Positions 1 through 9,216 of a stretch of DNA of 64,000 nt are shown piece after piece (within the stretch, counting starts at the first letter, position 1; each line of letters opens with the position of its first letter). Position numbers and translations under genes: made by a program. The notes under the pieces were generated by a model. That model did no database searches and was not told where the DNA came from. It was given only the letters and a program-made list of their open reading frames with translations. Source of the DNA: Candidatus Levyibacteriota bacterium (GTDB taxonomy: Bacteria; Patescibacteriota; Microgenomatia; Levybacterales; UBA12049); contig CAWBPM010000002.1 of the NCBI GenBank assembly GCA_963790825.1, positions 4,721-68,720 on the forward strand, given 5' to 3'.

Positions 1-1013
1 AAAAAATTGTTTTTACAAATCATACACTTGTCGTAGCGGGACAGGAGGTATTTAGTAACGACCTAATAGCCTTACTTCTGGACTCATATGTAAGCCGCGA
101 GCTTGAAGTTCCACTTTCGGAAATAATAGCAGATGGCTTAGTTGAAGAGTCGAGTATGTTTTCTATGACAATGTTCGCACTTCGGATGACTGATAAAATA
201 AATGCTGTAAGTCAGCTGCACAGTAGGAAAGCTGCAATGATTTGGACACACCATCCAATGCGGGCAATTACAAATGGCATTCATCTTCCCACATGGGACC
301 GTGTCAATGAAAAAATAAATATGCGGGAGAAACATAGAGAAAACAAAAAACTGCTGATTGAGAAGGTAAACCTGAAAACCAAACAAAACTGGAATGAAAA
401 TGATCTGATTCTCGGATGGGCAAGAAGAATGGTTCGCTATAAAAGACCCCTGGCGCTGGTTGGTGATCTGGAGCGGTTTGTTGCTATTGCTAAAAAGAAG
501 AACCAACCGGTGAGAGTTGTCTTCGCAGGCGTTTCTCATCCGGGAGATGATGAAGGAGTAGAGCTTTTAGAAGCACTAAAAGCCATGATCGAAGGTGATT
601 TAAAAGGCATTGCTGTATATTTACCAAGCTATGGCATAGAGCTTGCGAAGCTTCTGATTAGCGGATGTGATATCTGGCTGAATACGCCGGCAGTAGGGTT
701 TGAAGCGTGCGGAACAAGCGGAATGAAAGCTGCATTAAACGGTGTTCTTCCTTGCTCGACAATTGACGGTTGGATTGACGAAGTGGATCTTGCAAATATC
801 GGCTGGACATTAGATGCAAATCACATTCATCGAAGCGTCTTAGATACGCTTGAGAATCAGATTGTCCCCCTCTATTATAAAAATCACAAAGAATCTTCTG
901 ATAACTGGTTAACATATATGCAAAATGCCAGAAATTTAATTATAGAACGCTTCAGTGCTACCAGAATGCTGAAAGAATATATTGAGCAAATGTATACTCC
1001 TTGTTTATCGTAA
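1..1013 (+). CDS. glgP: alpha-glucan (glycogen/maltodextrin) phosphorylase, 5'-truncated at window edge
   Basis: Translating upstream of the listed M at 156, the frame stays open back to nt 3, so the gene continues left of the window. It carries an FTNHTL block and the PLP-lysine block EACGTSGMKAALNG characteristic of GT35 phosphorylases. Confidence 0.7.
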   Translation, partial: KIVFTNHTLVVAGQEVFSNDLIALLLDSYVSRELEVPLSEIIADGLVEESSMFSMTMFALRMTDKINAVSQLHSRKAAMIWTHHPMRAITNGIHLPTWDRVNEKINMREKHRENKKLLIEKVNLKTKQNWNENDLILGWARRMVRYKRPLALVGDLERFVAIAKKKNQPVRVVFAGVSHPGDDEGVELLEALKAMIEGDLKGIAVYLPSYGIELAKLLISGCDIWLNTPAVGFEACGTSGMKAALNGVLPCSTIDGWIDEVDLANIGWTLDANHIHRSVLDTLENQIVPLYYKNHKESSDNWLTYMQNARNLIIERFSATRMLKEYIEQMYTPCLS

Positions 1014-1040
1014 AGTTAAAAAAACCTTTATAATTATTTT

Positions 1041-2051
1041 ATGTCTCTACTGAAAAAACGAAACATAGGAACTCTTATATTAATTGTAGTTGTCTATGTT
1101 TGGTTTTTTCTTTTTCAGCAGCGTCCCCAGCAAAATCCGGTCAATGTTTTAGGAGCTAACACCGATGTTTCACTTTTTGAAGAGCCGAAGGATGGTAGAG
1201 AGCCGATTCTCAATGCTATTACAGATGCGAAGAAAGAAGTTTTGCTTGAAGTGTATCTTTTATCGGATAAGCAAATTATTCAGGCCTTGGAAGATGCAAG
1301 ATCGAGAGGGATTACGGTAGATGTAATGCTCGAAGAGCATCCTTTTGGAGGGGGAAGTCTGAACCAAACCACGGAAAAAAAACTTATTGCATCGGGAATT
1401 TCCGTTGAATGGTCAAGTCCCTCTTTTGCCTTAACTCATGAAAAGGCAGTGGTTATTGATTCAAGTGAAGTATTCGTACTCAGCCAAAATCTGACTGCCA
1501 GTTCATTTAGCAAGAATCGTGAATATGATGTTTTAGACACAGATCTGAAAGATGTTTCCGAGGTGCGGGCAATTTTTATTGACGATTGGGAAAGAAAGTC
1601 TTTTACTCCGACGAATTCGCATTTGATTGTCAGTCCGGATAATTCCCGCTCCGGCATAACAGGACTTATCGAAAGCTCAACAAAAACAATCGATATAGAA
1701 ATAGAAGATATAAACGATCCTCAAATTGTCTCACTCCTTTCCCAAGACGGGAAAAAAATGCAGGTGCGGCTTATTACACCGACGCTTTCGCAAGTTAGCT
1801 CAAATGCCGAAGCGCTTAAAACCTTAAAAAAAGAAGGAGTTTTGGTGAGAACTCTTTCTTCTCCTTATATGCACGCAAAATTAATTCTCGTCGATGATAC
1901 CAAAGCGTATGTCGGCTCTGTTAATTTATCAACACAAAGTATGGACAAAAACCGCGAACTTGGTATACTGCTTTCGCAAAGTGATGGCATAACAATGCTC
2001 TCGCAAACTTTCAAACAGGATTGGAGCAGCGCAACAGACTTTCATGAATGA
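1041..2051 (+). CDS. phospholipase D / cardiolipin-synthase-like protein with N-terminal membrane anchor
   Basis: Two HKD motifs are present (HEKAVVIDS and HAKLILVDD...GSVNLS). The N-terminus has a hydrophobic helix. Confidence 0.7.
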   Translation: MSLLKKRNIGTLILIVVVYVWFFLFQQRPQQNPVNVLGANTDVSLFEEPKDGREPILNAITDAKKEVLLEVYLLSDKQIIQALEDARSRGITVDVMLEEHPFGGGSLNQTTEKKLIASGISVEWSSPSFALTHEKAVVIDSSEVFVLSQNLTASSFSKNREYDVLDTDLKDVSEVRAIFIDDWERKSFTPTNSHLIVSPDNSRSGITGLIESSTKTIDIEIEDINDPQIVSLLSQDGKKMQVRLITPTLSQVSSNAEALKTLKKEGVLVRTLSSPYMHAKLILVDDTKAYVGSVNLSTQSMDKNRELGILLSQSDGITMLSQTFKQDWSSATDFHE

Positions 2052-2063
2052 TAAAATAATTAT

Positions 2064-2573
2064 ATGCAACTGGTTATACCATCATTACAATACAAAGATG
2101 CTTATCTTCAAGCTTTAGAAGAAGCGAAAAATGAAACAGGAGAAACGCAGTTAAACAAACCCGAGGACGGTCAATCTTTTGCAGAGTTTGTACAAAAACT
2201 AAAAGACAATGCAGAGGGAATAAATCTACCGCCGGGATATGTACCGGCAACAATGCTTTGGCTTATTGATAATGATGATTTGATTGGCAGAGTACATATT
2301 CGGCATACATTAACAGAAGATTTAATGCAGCATGGAGGACATATCGGTTATTATGTTCGTCCAACAAAAAGAAAAAAGGGGTATGGTAAGAGAATGCTTG
2401 AATTGGCGCTGAAGGAAGCAAGGAAACTGGGGTTAGTAAAGGTACTAATTACTTGCGATGATAATAATATTGGTTCGATAAAAATTATTGAAGCAAATGG
2501 TGGAATACTGGAAAATATTCTTGATACAAAAGGGGTAAAACACAAAACGCGTCGATACTGGATAAATCTGTAG
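2064..2573 (+). CDS. GNAT family N-acetyltransferase
   Basis: Acetyl-CoA binding motif A (R/KKKGYGKRMLELALKEARKLG) and a GNAT-like size of 169 aa. Confidence 0.6.
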   Translation: MQLVIPSLQYKDAYLQALEEAKNETGETQLNKPEDGQSFAEFVQKLKDNAEGINLPPGYVPATMLWLIDNDDLIGRVHIRHTLTEDLMQHGGHIGYYVRPTKRKKGYGKRMLELALKEARKLGLVKVLITCDDNNIGSIKIIEANGGILENILDTKGVKHKTRRYWINL

Positions 2574-2587
2574 GTATTTAAAAATAT

Positions 2588-3130
2588 TTATTTCCGGTTT
2601 TCCCATTCCTCTTGTAAATGTGCATAACCTTTGCGGATTGGAGTAGCATCCTGTAGACCAAGTTTTATTCGTAATACTTCTATCTCTTTTTCATTCCCTT
2701 CAATTTCTAAAAATGTTCCAAACCGTAATTTATCAATTGCAATTTTTAGATTGCCTAGGATATAGCTCATCCTGATTTTTTCTATATAAATTCGTTTTTT
2801 AAACCTAATAGCAAGAAGAATTTTTTGCATAATCTCAAAATTAGCGACTTCAGTCTCATATTCTTCTCGGATCTTATGTCCATCACTATTAAATTTGGGG
2901 CTGCCTTTATATGTTAAAAAGACATGACGAGAAGTAGCTGTCTGTTCATCTCGAATTCTAAGAGCTTCATCTGTCTTCGCAAAATCAAAATACGTGGAGT
3001 TAAAGAGATAATCTTTTTGTCTGCTTTTTCCTTCGAAAGTTGCTCCAAGTTTTAGTAACAACTTCCTAATTCTTTGCTTGTCTTTCTTGTTAATTGTTAC
3101 CTTTAATTCGATCTCTTCTGTTTTATGCAT
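2588..3130 (-). CDS. CYTH-domain protein (class IV adenylate cyclase / triphosphatase fold)
   Basis: N-terminal EIELK (ExExK) signature of CYTH domains and a size of about 180 aa. Confidence 0.55.
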   Translation of the reverse strand: MHKTEEIELKVTINKKDKQRIRKLLLKLGATFEGKSRQKDYLFNSTYFDFAKTDEALRIRDEQTATSRHVFLTYKGSPKFNSDGHKIREEYETEVANFEIMQKILLAIRFKKRIYIEKIRMSYILGNLKIAIDKLRFGTFLEIEGNEKEIEVLRIKLGLQDATPIRKGYAHLQEEWENRK

Positions 3131-3150
3131 AGGATTATTCTCATTTGGAG

Positions 3151-3528
3151 TTATCGAATGCTTGATCCGGCCGGAGCGTCAGATGCGGTAAGTAAAATTG
3201 GTTTATCAGTATCGGTTGCCAAAATCATACCTTCCGAATCTTCTCCCATTAATTTTCGGGGTTCTATGTTAAATGCAAAAATATATGATTTGCCAATAAG
3301 TTCCTCGGGTGTGTACCAAGGGGCAATTCCGGTCAGAATATTTCGTTCACCATCTATTCCGAAATTAACTTTTAACCGCAAAAGTTTTTCGGATCCTTCT
3401 TTAGGTTCACATTGAATTATTTTACCAACCCGAAAATCAAGTTTGGCAAAATCATCATAAGTTACCAGCGGCTTCATAAAAGGTATTGTAGCATATTGGC
3501 GGGGTTGATTAAAGTTATAAATTAACAA
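3151..3528 (-). CDS. stand-alone tRNA-binding (Myf/CsaA/Trbp111-like) domain protein
   Basis: The DFRVGKI...E block is typical of the EMAP/MetRS C-terminal tRNA-binding fold. The true start may be the internal Met (MKPLVTYDD...) at about 3477. Confidence 0.55.
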   Translation of the reverse strand: MLIYNFNQPRQYATIPFMKPLVTYDDFAKLDFRVGKIIQCEPKEGSEKLLRLKVNFGIDGERNILTGIAPWYTPEELIGKSYIFAFNIEPRKLMGEDSEGMILATDTDKPILLTASDAPAGSSIR

Positions 3529-3932
3529 AATTGAATAGTATCACCGGGTGAAGTTTTTGTTTTCACTATAGTTCCTTCCGGTAATTCTAAGACATGGTCA
3601 AACTTTGGGTTCCAAAGGAAAATCTTATTAGGCGACAATCTCTTCTTATTTATTACAACTGTATTTTTATTGTCCAATATAAGAACATCAATCGGAAAAG
3701 AAAGTCCGAATGTATGGATACCCCAGCGAGTTTTAAAAATAAGCGGTTTGGCTTCGCTTTTTCCGATAAGACCGATAGATTTACTGATGATATCTGTCAC
3801 ATTTACCGCTTCCTGTGCGATAAGAGTACGCCTCGTCTTATTTTTAATCTGCATGAAGATAGTATGACAGAGAAGTAAAAAACTTACCAGAAAATAAATG
3901 CTATACTTAAGTTTATGACTGGAAGAACACAT
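3522..3932 (-). CDS. DUF192-like secreted protein
   Basis: RRTLIAQE...GLIGK...PIDVLILD resembles the DUF192 (COG1430) pattern, preceded by a hydrophobic signal-like segment. The listed ORF extends to 3986 and would overlap the divergent gene; the start is more likely an internal Met (3932 or 3854). Confidence 0.4.
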   Translation of the reverse strand: MCSSSHKLKYSIYFLVSFLLLCHTIFMQIKNKTRRTLIAQEAVNVTDIISKSIGLIGKSEAKPLIFKTRWGIHTFGLSFPIDVLILDNKNTVVINKKRLSPNKIFLWNPKFDHVLELPEGTIVKTKTSPGDTIQFC

Positions 3933-4493
3933 GATCTGGCAGCATTTACCACACTTGGTTTTGTAGTAGTAACCCAGCCAATACACCCAATGACTCTTGC
4001 AACCGGGCTTGTTGCAGTAGTTTCCAATTTAATTGGGGGGATAACACCGGATATTGACCAGCCGACTGCCCCTTTCTGGCGGAATCTTCCTGTTGGAGGA
4101 GTAGTTGGTAGACTTTTTGATCCCCTTTTAGGTGGTCACAGATTTATTTCTCACTCAATTGCCGGAGCAGTGATCTTCGGCTTTGCCTGGCATTATCTAC
4201 TTGTTGTACTGAAGCCAAGCTTTCCCCATCTCGATATGAATGTAATTTGGTGGGCATTTATGATTGGCTATATTTCTCATTTGGTTATGGATACAATTAC
4301 TCGCGAAGGAGTTCCCTGGCTTCTCCCGATTCCCATAAAATTTGCCTTCCCCCCCATTAAGTCGCTTCGTGTGCAAACCGGAGGACTGGTTGAAAGGTTT
4401 ATTATTTTCCCAATTTTACTAGTTATAAACGGTTATATGTACTACTCAAATTATCATGTTGTTTTGCTATTTCTCAAGCACCTCGTAAAGTAG
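3915..4493 (+). CDS. membrane-bound metal-dependent hydrolase (YdjM/DUF457-like)
   Basis: N-terminal THD, a HRxxSHS block, an H..MD block and several TM helices. Confidence 0.5.
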   Translation: MTGRTHDLAAFTTLGFVVVTQPIHPMTLATGLVAVVSNLIGGITPDIDQPTAPFWRNLPVGGVVGRLFDPLLGGHRFISHSIAGAVIFGFAWHYLLVVLKPSFPHLDMNVIWWAFMIGYISHLVMDTITREGVPWLLPIPIKFAFPPIKSLRVQTGGLVERFIIFPILLVINGYMYYSNYHVVLLFLKHLVK

Positions 4494-4526
4494 AGAAATC
4501 CCTGGAGAACAGGTATAATACAGATC

Positions 4527-5744
4527 ATGTGGCAAGAGTTTAAAAATAGCTACCATCTGCTCCAAGGAGTAATTGCTAATCTGTACTATGGTTTTCCCGG
4601 TAAAGATATGACAATAATCGGTGTGACCGGAACTGATGGGAAAACGACAACTGTTAGCCTTATTTATCACATATTAGAGAGTTCGGGTAAAAAAGCATCA
4701 CTCCTTTCTACGCTGTCGGCAGTCATTAACGGTAAATCTTATGACACTGGCTTTCATGTCACGACTCCAAGCGCTTGGTCGGTGCAAAAATATTTAAAAA
4801 AAGCCAAAGATGCCGGTTCTGAATATTTTGTGATGGAAGTTACATCTCATGGTCTGGATCAAAACCGGGTATGGGGAATACCGTTCGCAATCGGCGTGTT
4901 AACAAATATTACTCATGAGCATCTGGATTACCATAAAACATACGAAAGGTATGTTTTAGCAAAAACTAAATTACTGAAAAATGCGCATATTGCGATTATT
5001 AACAAAGACGATGAAACCTATAAGAATTTAGAATCTATAATTCAAAATTCAAAATTCAAAGGAAAAAAATTGATTACCTATGGATTAAGCGACAAATCGG
5101 ACGTGAGTCCTAAAACATTTCCGTTTGAAACGAAGTTATTTGGCGAATTTAATCTCTACAATTGCCTGGCAGCGATTGGTACTTGTATGGAGCTTGGCAT
5201 TAGCGAAAAAGAAATCAGAACAGCAATTATTACGTTTACACCACCTGTGGGTAGAGAAGAAATTGTCTACGATAAAGATTTTAAAGTTATGATCGATTTC
5301 GCCCATACACCCAATAGTATTGAAAAATTACTGCAATCAATTAAAAAGGAAATGAAACCAAAAGGAAGGATTATTCATGTGTTTGGTAGTGCGGGACGAA
5401 GAGATTCATCAAAACGTTCGCTCATGGGAAAGGCATCAGATAAATATGCCGACATCATAATTTTGACTGCGGAAGATCCGCGGGATGAGAAGATTGAAGC
5501 AATTATAAAACAGATAAATGAAGGAATATTGGCTAAACATTTTGATGAGACACTTTTTGAAATACCTGATCGGCAAGAGGCGATTAATAAAGCAGTTGCG
5601 CTTGTGCAAAAAAATGATATTGTTGTCATCACCGGAAAAGGACACGAGCGGTCGTTGAATCTAGGTCATGGAGAAGTTCCCTGGAGTGACCATGAAGCTG
5701 TGAAAAAAGCATTAGAACTTCGAAACAATGATACAGAAAAATAA
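4527..5744 (+). CDS. murE: Mur ligase, UDP-MurNAc-L-Ala-D-Glu:diamino acid ligase (MurE-like, short N-terminal domain)
   Basis: P-loop GVTGTDGKTTT, a C-terminal DNPR-like EDPRDE motif and GKGHE followed by W-SD, as in MurE. The N-terminal UDP-binding domain is much shorter than usual. Confidence 0.65.
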   Translation: MWQEFKNSYHLLQGVIANLYYGFPGKDMTIIGVTGTDGKTTTVSLIYHILESSGKKASLLSTLSAVINGKSYDTGFHVTTPSAWSVQKYLKKAKDAGSEYFVMEVTSHGLDQNRVWGIPFAIGVLTNITHEHLDYHKTYERYVLAKTKLLKNAHIAIINKDDETYKNLESIIQNSKFKGKKLITYGLSDKSDVSPKTFPFETKLFGEFNLYNCLAAIGTCMELGISEKEIRTAIITFTPPVGREEIVYDKDFKVMIDFAHTPNSIEKLLQSIKKEMKPKGRIIHVFGSAGRRDSSKRSLMGKASDKYADIIILTAEDPRDEKIEAIIKQINEGILAKHFDETLFEIPDRQEAINKAVALVQKNDIVVITGKGHERSLNLGHGEVPWSDHEAVKKALELRNNDTEK

Positions 5745-6471
5745 CGCGGGTGTTTACCAATTTAGTGAATTTAGCTCATTGGGAATAGTTAATGGTTTTT
5801 CCTCAAAAACACTTGGCAATATGCGAACGCATGGAGAGAAAAAAACAAGCGATATTTCTCAATTTGCTCACGAATTAAAAATTGAACCGGGGCATATCGT
5901 TGGCATGAGTCAGGTACATGGTAACGCAGTTGAACTCGTAACGCAAAAACAAAGAGGAACAATTATCTTCAAATGCGACGGACTTGAAACACTGGAGAAG
6001 GAAACATTTCTCTACGCTACATTTGCCGACTGTGTACCCCTATTATTCTTTGATAAAGAAACGAGGTTAATTGGCCTCTGTCATGCCGGATGGCGGGGGA
6101 TTTACAAGGAAATTGTTCCACGAATGCTTATATCCATATTTGATCAGGGAGCAAAAGTAGAGAATGTACTTGTCGGCATTGGTCCATCGATCCGCTCATG
6201 CTGTTATGAAGTTTCAGAGGGACTCGCAAATGATTTTGCAGAAAAATTTAGAAAAGAAGAGAAGTACATTGTCAAAAGAGGGAATAAAATATTTTTAAGC
6301 TTACAAGATTTAATTTGCTTGCAGCTCTTAGGGCAAGGTGTTCTAAAAAAGCATATAATTAACAGTATGTTATGTACAAATGATCTGCAGTCAGAGTTTT
6401 ATTCATATCGTAATCGGACAGACAAAAACAAAAATGAAGTATTTGCAGCGATTATCGGAAGATATGCGTAA
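5728..6471 (+). CDS. pgeF: peptidoglycan editing factor PgeF (YfiH/DUF152 laccase-domain protein)
   Basis: ADCVP and CHAGWRG blocks plus a C-terminal Cys ligand region. It overlaps the murE stop and the murC start. Confidence 0.7.
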   Translation: MIQKNNAGVYQFSEFSSLGIVNGFSSKTLGNMRTHGEKKTSDISQFAHELKIEPGHIVGMSQVHGNAVELVTQKQRGTIIFKCDGLETLEKETFLYATFADCVPLLFFDKETRLIGLCHAGWRGIYKEIVPRMLISIFDQGAKVENVLVGIGPSIRSCCYEVSEGLANDFAEKFRKEEKYIVKRGNKIFLSLQDLICLQLLGQGVLKKHIINSMLCTNDLQSEFYSYRNRTDKNKNEVFAAIIGRYA

Positions 6472-7897
6472 TATACAATCAATTCATTTTGTCGGTTTAA
6501 AGGGCGTGGGTATGACACCTCTGGCAATTATTGCGAAAGAAGCAGGAATCAAAGTGACTGGGTCAGATCTTGGCAGGGAATTTATTACCGACATTTCATT
6601 AAAAAAAGCAGGAATCATTCCGTTTGTTGGTTTTTCTCCGGAGCATGTCGGAGATGTTGATTTGGTTATTACGACAGGCGCACACGGAGGATTTGATAAT
6701 GTTGAAGTAAAAAGAGCAAGACAGAAAAATATTCCGGTTTTGACGCAGGGAGAAGCAGTCGGAGAATTTATGAAGGGGGAAATTTTTGGCAGAAAATTCA
6801 GCGGAATCAGCGTGACCGGCTCACATGGAAAGACTACGACTACTGCAATGATTGCAACAATTCTTTCCGAAAATGGGTATCAGCCTTCCTTTTTAATCGG
6901 TACGGGAGACGTAACATCTCTCGGGAGCGCGGGGCGTTTCGGATCAGGCGAGTATTTTGTCGCGGAAGCTGATGAGTATATGACTGAACCTAAATATGAC
7001 TCAACAGCGAAACTTCTTTGGCAGCATCCGAAAATTGCGGTAATTACAAATATTGACCTCGATCATCCCGATGTCTATGCGAACATTGAGGGAGTGCGGG
7101 AAACGTTTTTACGATTTGCCAGGCAGTTAGCAAATGATGGAGTATTAGTTATTTACGGTGATGATTTACAGGCAAAAAAGCTACTATCTGACTATGAAGG
7201 TAAATCAGTCACATATGGATTTGGGAAAGAAAATGACTACATTTTACACTCGATTATTACAAAAAAATCGCACACAACATTTCAAGTTTTACATAACGGT
7301 AAGGAGTTAGGAGAATTTGTACTCAATATAAGCGGGGAGCATAATGTTTTAAATGCCACTGCTGCAATTATTGTTTCATTGCAAAGTGATTTAACCCTTA
7401 CAGAAATAAAAAATGGACTTTTGGCATTTCGAGGTTCAAAAAGAAGAATGGAATATCTAGGAAAACTGCAATCAGGAGCTCAACTCTTTGACGATTACGC
7501 GCACCATCCGACTGAAATTCGAAAAACTCTGCATGCATTTCGCGAAAAGTACAGAGAGAAAAAAATTATTTGTATTTTTCAACCGCACACCTATTCACGA
7601 ACAAAAAAACTATTCGATGAGTTTGTCGGTTCATTTTTTGACGTTGATGAAGTTATTCTAACCGACATCTATGCCTCACTCAGGGAAAAACCTGACACTT
7701 CTATTTCTTCGGAAATGCTCATAAACGAAATTGCAAAAAAACAAAAGAACGTTCTTTATCTGCCTAATTTAGTTGATGTGACGAATTACCTAAAAGAGGA
7801 ACAATTCGGCGAAAACACGGTGATTATTACAATGGGTGCCGGGGATATCTATACGATTTGTAAGGATTTAGAATTCAAAATAGATAATTGGAACTAA
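6434..7897 (+). CDS. murC: UDP-N-acetylmuramate--L-alanine ligase
   Basis: HFVGxxGxGM Rossmann N-terminus, P-loop GSHGKTTTT and a DHPD block. The listed ORF begins at 6380 inside pgeF; the start is probably 6434 or 6464. Confidence 0.8.
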   Translation: MKYLQRLSEDMRNIQSIHFVGLKGVGMTPLAIIAKEAGIKVTGSDLGREFITDISLKKAGIIPFVGFSPEHVGDVDLVITTGAHGGFDNVEVKRARQKNIPVLTQGEAVGEFMKGEIFGRKFSGISVTGSHGKTTTTAMIATILSENGYQPSFLIGTGDVTSLGSAGRFGSGEYFVAEADEYMTEPKYDSTAKLLWQHPKIAVITNIDLDHPDVYANIEGVRETFLRFARQLANDGVLVIYGDDLQAKKLLSDYEGKSVTYGFGKENDYILHSIITKKSHTTFQVLHNGKELGEFVLNISGEHNVLNATAAIIVSLQSDLTLTEIKNGLLAFRGSKRRMEYLGKLQSGAQLFDDYAHHPTEIRKTLHAFREKYREKKIICIFQPHTYSRTKKLFDEFVGSFFDVDEVILTDIYASLREKPDTSISSEMLINEIAKKQKNVLYLPNLVDVTNYLKEEQFGENTVIITMGAGDIYTICKDLEFKIDNWN

Positions 7898-8207
7898 TTG
7901 AGAAGTTAAAAGTCGCTAAATGTCATATATCTCTTCAAATTAATTTAAGAGCTATGCTGCAATAAAATATTCAGGATTCATATTATGCCAATCAATGTAG
8001 TTGTAGCGCTTAGCATCTTTATAAATAGTGTCTTATTTGTAATTTCGACCCCAAAAAGACCAAATAGTGTTTATTTTTACCAGGTACATCGCATTATAAA
8101 AAATTCTTACATAGCTCGTTAATGCCGGGCAAATTCAAATCATTTTTAAAGAATACCCCCTGCCTTGTTATTATCTGCATCTCTGTGCTATGATTTCCCA
8201 AATAACT

Positions 8208-9185
8208 ATGAGTAATATTTTACAAAAACTGGAAACAGAATTAGGCAAAAACAAAATCCATGTAAATGAACCGATGGTAGATCGAACGACATTTAAATCC
8301 GGGGGGAGCGCCGAGTTTTTTATCGAGATTGATCAAATAGCAGAATTAATCAAGGCAATTCGTTTGGCACAAAGTCTGGGTATGCAATTTTTCATCTTAG
8401 GATCGGGTACAACTTGTGTAATACCTGAAAAAGGTATCGCTGGGCTCGTTATTAAAAATAACTGCAGAAGATTTGAAATTATGAGCATGAAGGGCAGAAT
8501 TATAAGGGGCCAAATCGATATGAGTGGCGCCGCAGTATACACAGAAAGCGGAGTACTTACGAATCAATTGGTACGTTATGCAGCAGAACAGGGATTTGGC
8601 GGACTTGAACATTTTTTAGGACTTCCGGGAACAATAGGTGGTGCACTATTTGTGAATGCAAATTATCCCAAAAATAATGCAATGCTGGGAGATGCACTAA
8701 CAAGTGCAAAAATTCTAACTCGTGAAGGAGAGGTACAGGATGTTACGGGAAGCTATCTCCAGTTTTCTCCCGATTCAAGCTATTTACAAACATCGGGTGA
8801 AATACTCTTATCAGCAGTCTTTAAATTAACGCCAATGGAAACAAGCAAATTATGGGAAAGAGGAATGGAAGCAGCAGAATATCGAAGTAAAATGCTGCCA
8901 ATTGAGCACGTCGCCGGATACACGTATCGAAATATTTATATACCGGTAGGGATTCCTGAAAGAAAAAAATATACGTCCAATATTGAAACGATACTTAAAA
9001 AAGCAGGAGTGATTGGTATTCCAATTGCTAATGTCATATTATCCGAAAAGAATCCTAACTTTATCATCAGGATTGGATATGCTACATCAGAAGATCTTGA
9101 AGAGGTAGTTCGCAAAGTAAAAAAAGAAGTGTTAACGCAGTTCGGCTTCCAACTTCTCTATAAGCCATATACAATTGGAAATTAG
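8208..9185 (+). CDS. murB: UDP-N-acetylenolpyruvoylglucosamine reductase
   Basis: TTFKSGG and FxILGxGT FAD-binding blocks. The start is taken at MSNIL (8208); an alternative start is 8190. Confidence 0.75.
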   Translation: MSNILQKLETELGKNKIHVNEPMVDRTTFKSGGSAEFFIEIDQIAELIKAIRLAQSLGMQFFILGSGTTCVIPEKGIAGLVIKNNCRRFEIMSMKGRIIRGQIDMSGAAVYTESGVLTNQLVRYAAEQGFGGLEHFLGLPGTIGGALFVNANYPKNNAMLGDALTSAKILTREGEVQDVTGSYLQFSPDSSYLQTSGEILLSAVFKLTPMETSKLWERGMEAAEYRSKMLPIEHVAGYTYRNIYIPVGIPERKKYTSNIETILKKAGVIGIPIANVILSEKNPNFIIRIGYATSEDLEEVVRKVKKEVLTQFGFQLLYKPYTIGN

Positions 9186-9216
9186 TCAACTACTTGAGCT
9201 ATAATAACAAAGTAGT

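Noticed and set aside
138-539. Minus-strand 133 aa ORF inside the glgP region, and similar antisense ORFs at 9781..10332, 14575..15036, 19978..20622, 43474..44016 and 47727..48020
   Set aside because: They lie fully inside well-supported genes on the opposite strand (glgP, murA, the membrane protein, ftsA/ftsZ, the aaRS gene, parB). Their composition is low-complexity, typical of shadow ORFs.
3915-3986. 72 nt overlap between the 5' ends of divergent DUF192 and YdjM-like genes
   Set aside because: This is probably an artefact of choosing the first ATG of the minus-strand ORF. Internal starts at 3932 or 3854 remove most or all of the overlap.
6380-6433. Upstream extension of murC inside pgeF
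   Set aside because: The MurC Rossmann N-terminus begins near MKYLQ/MRNIQ. The extension would overlap pgeF by about 90 nt.
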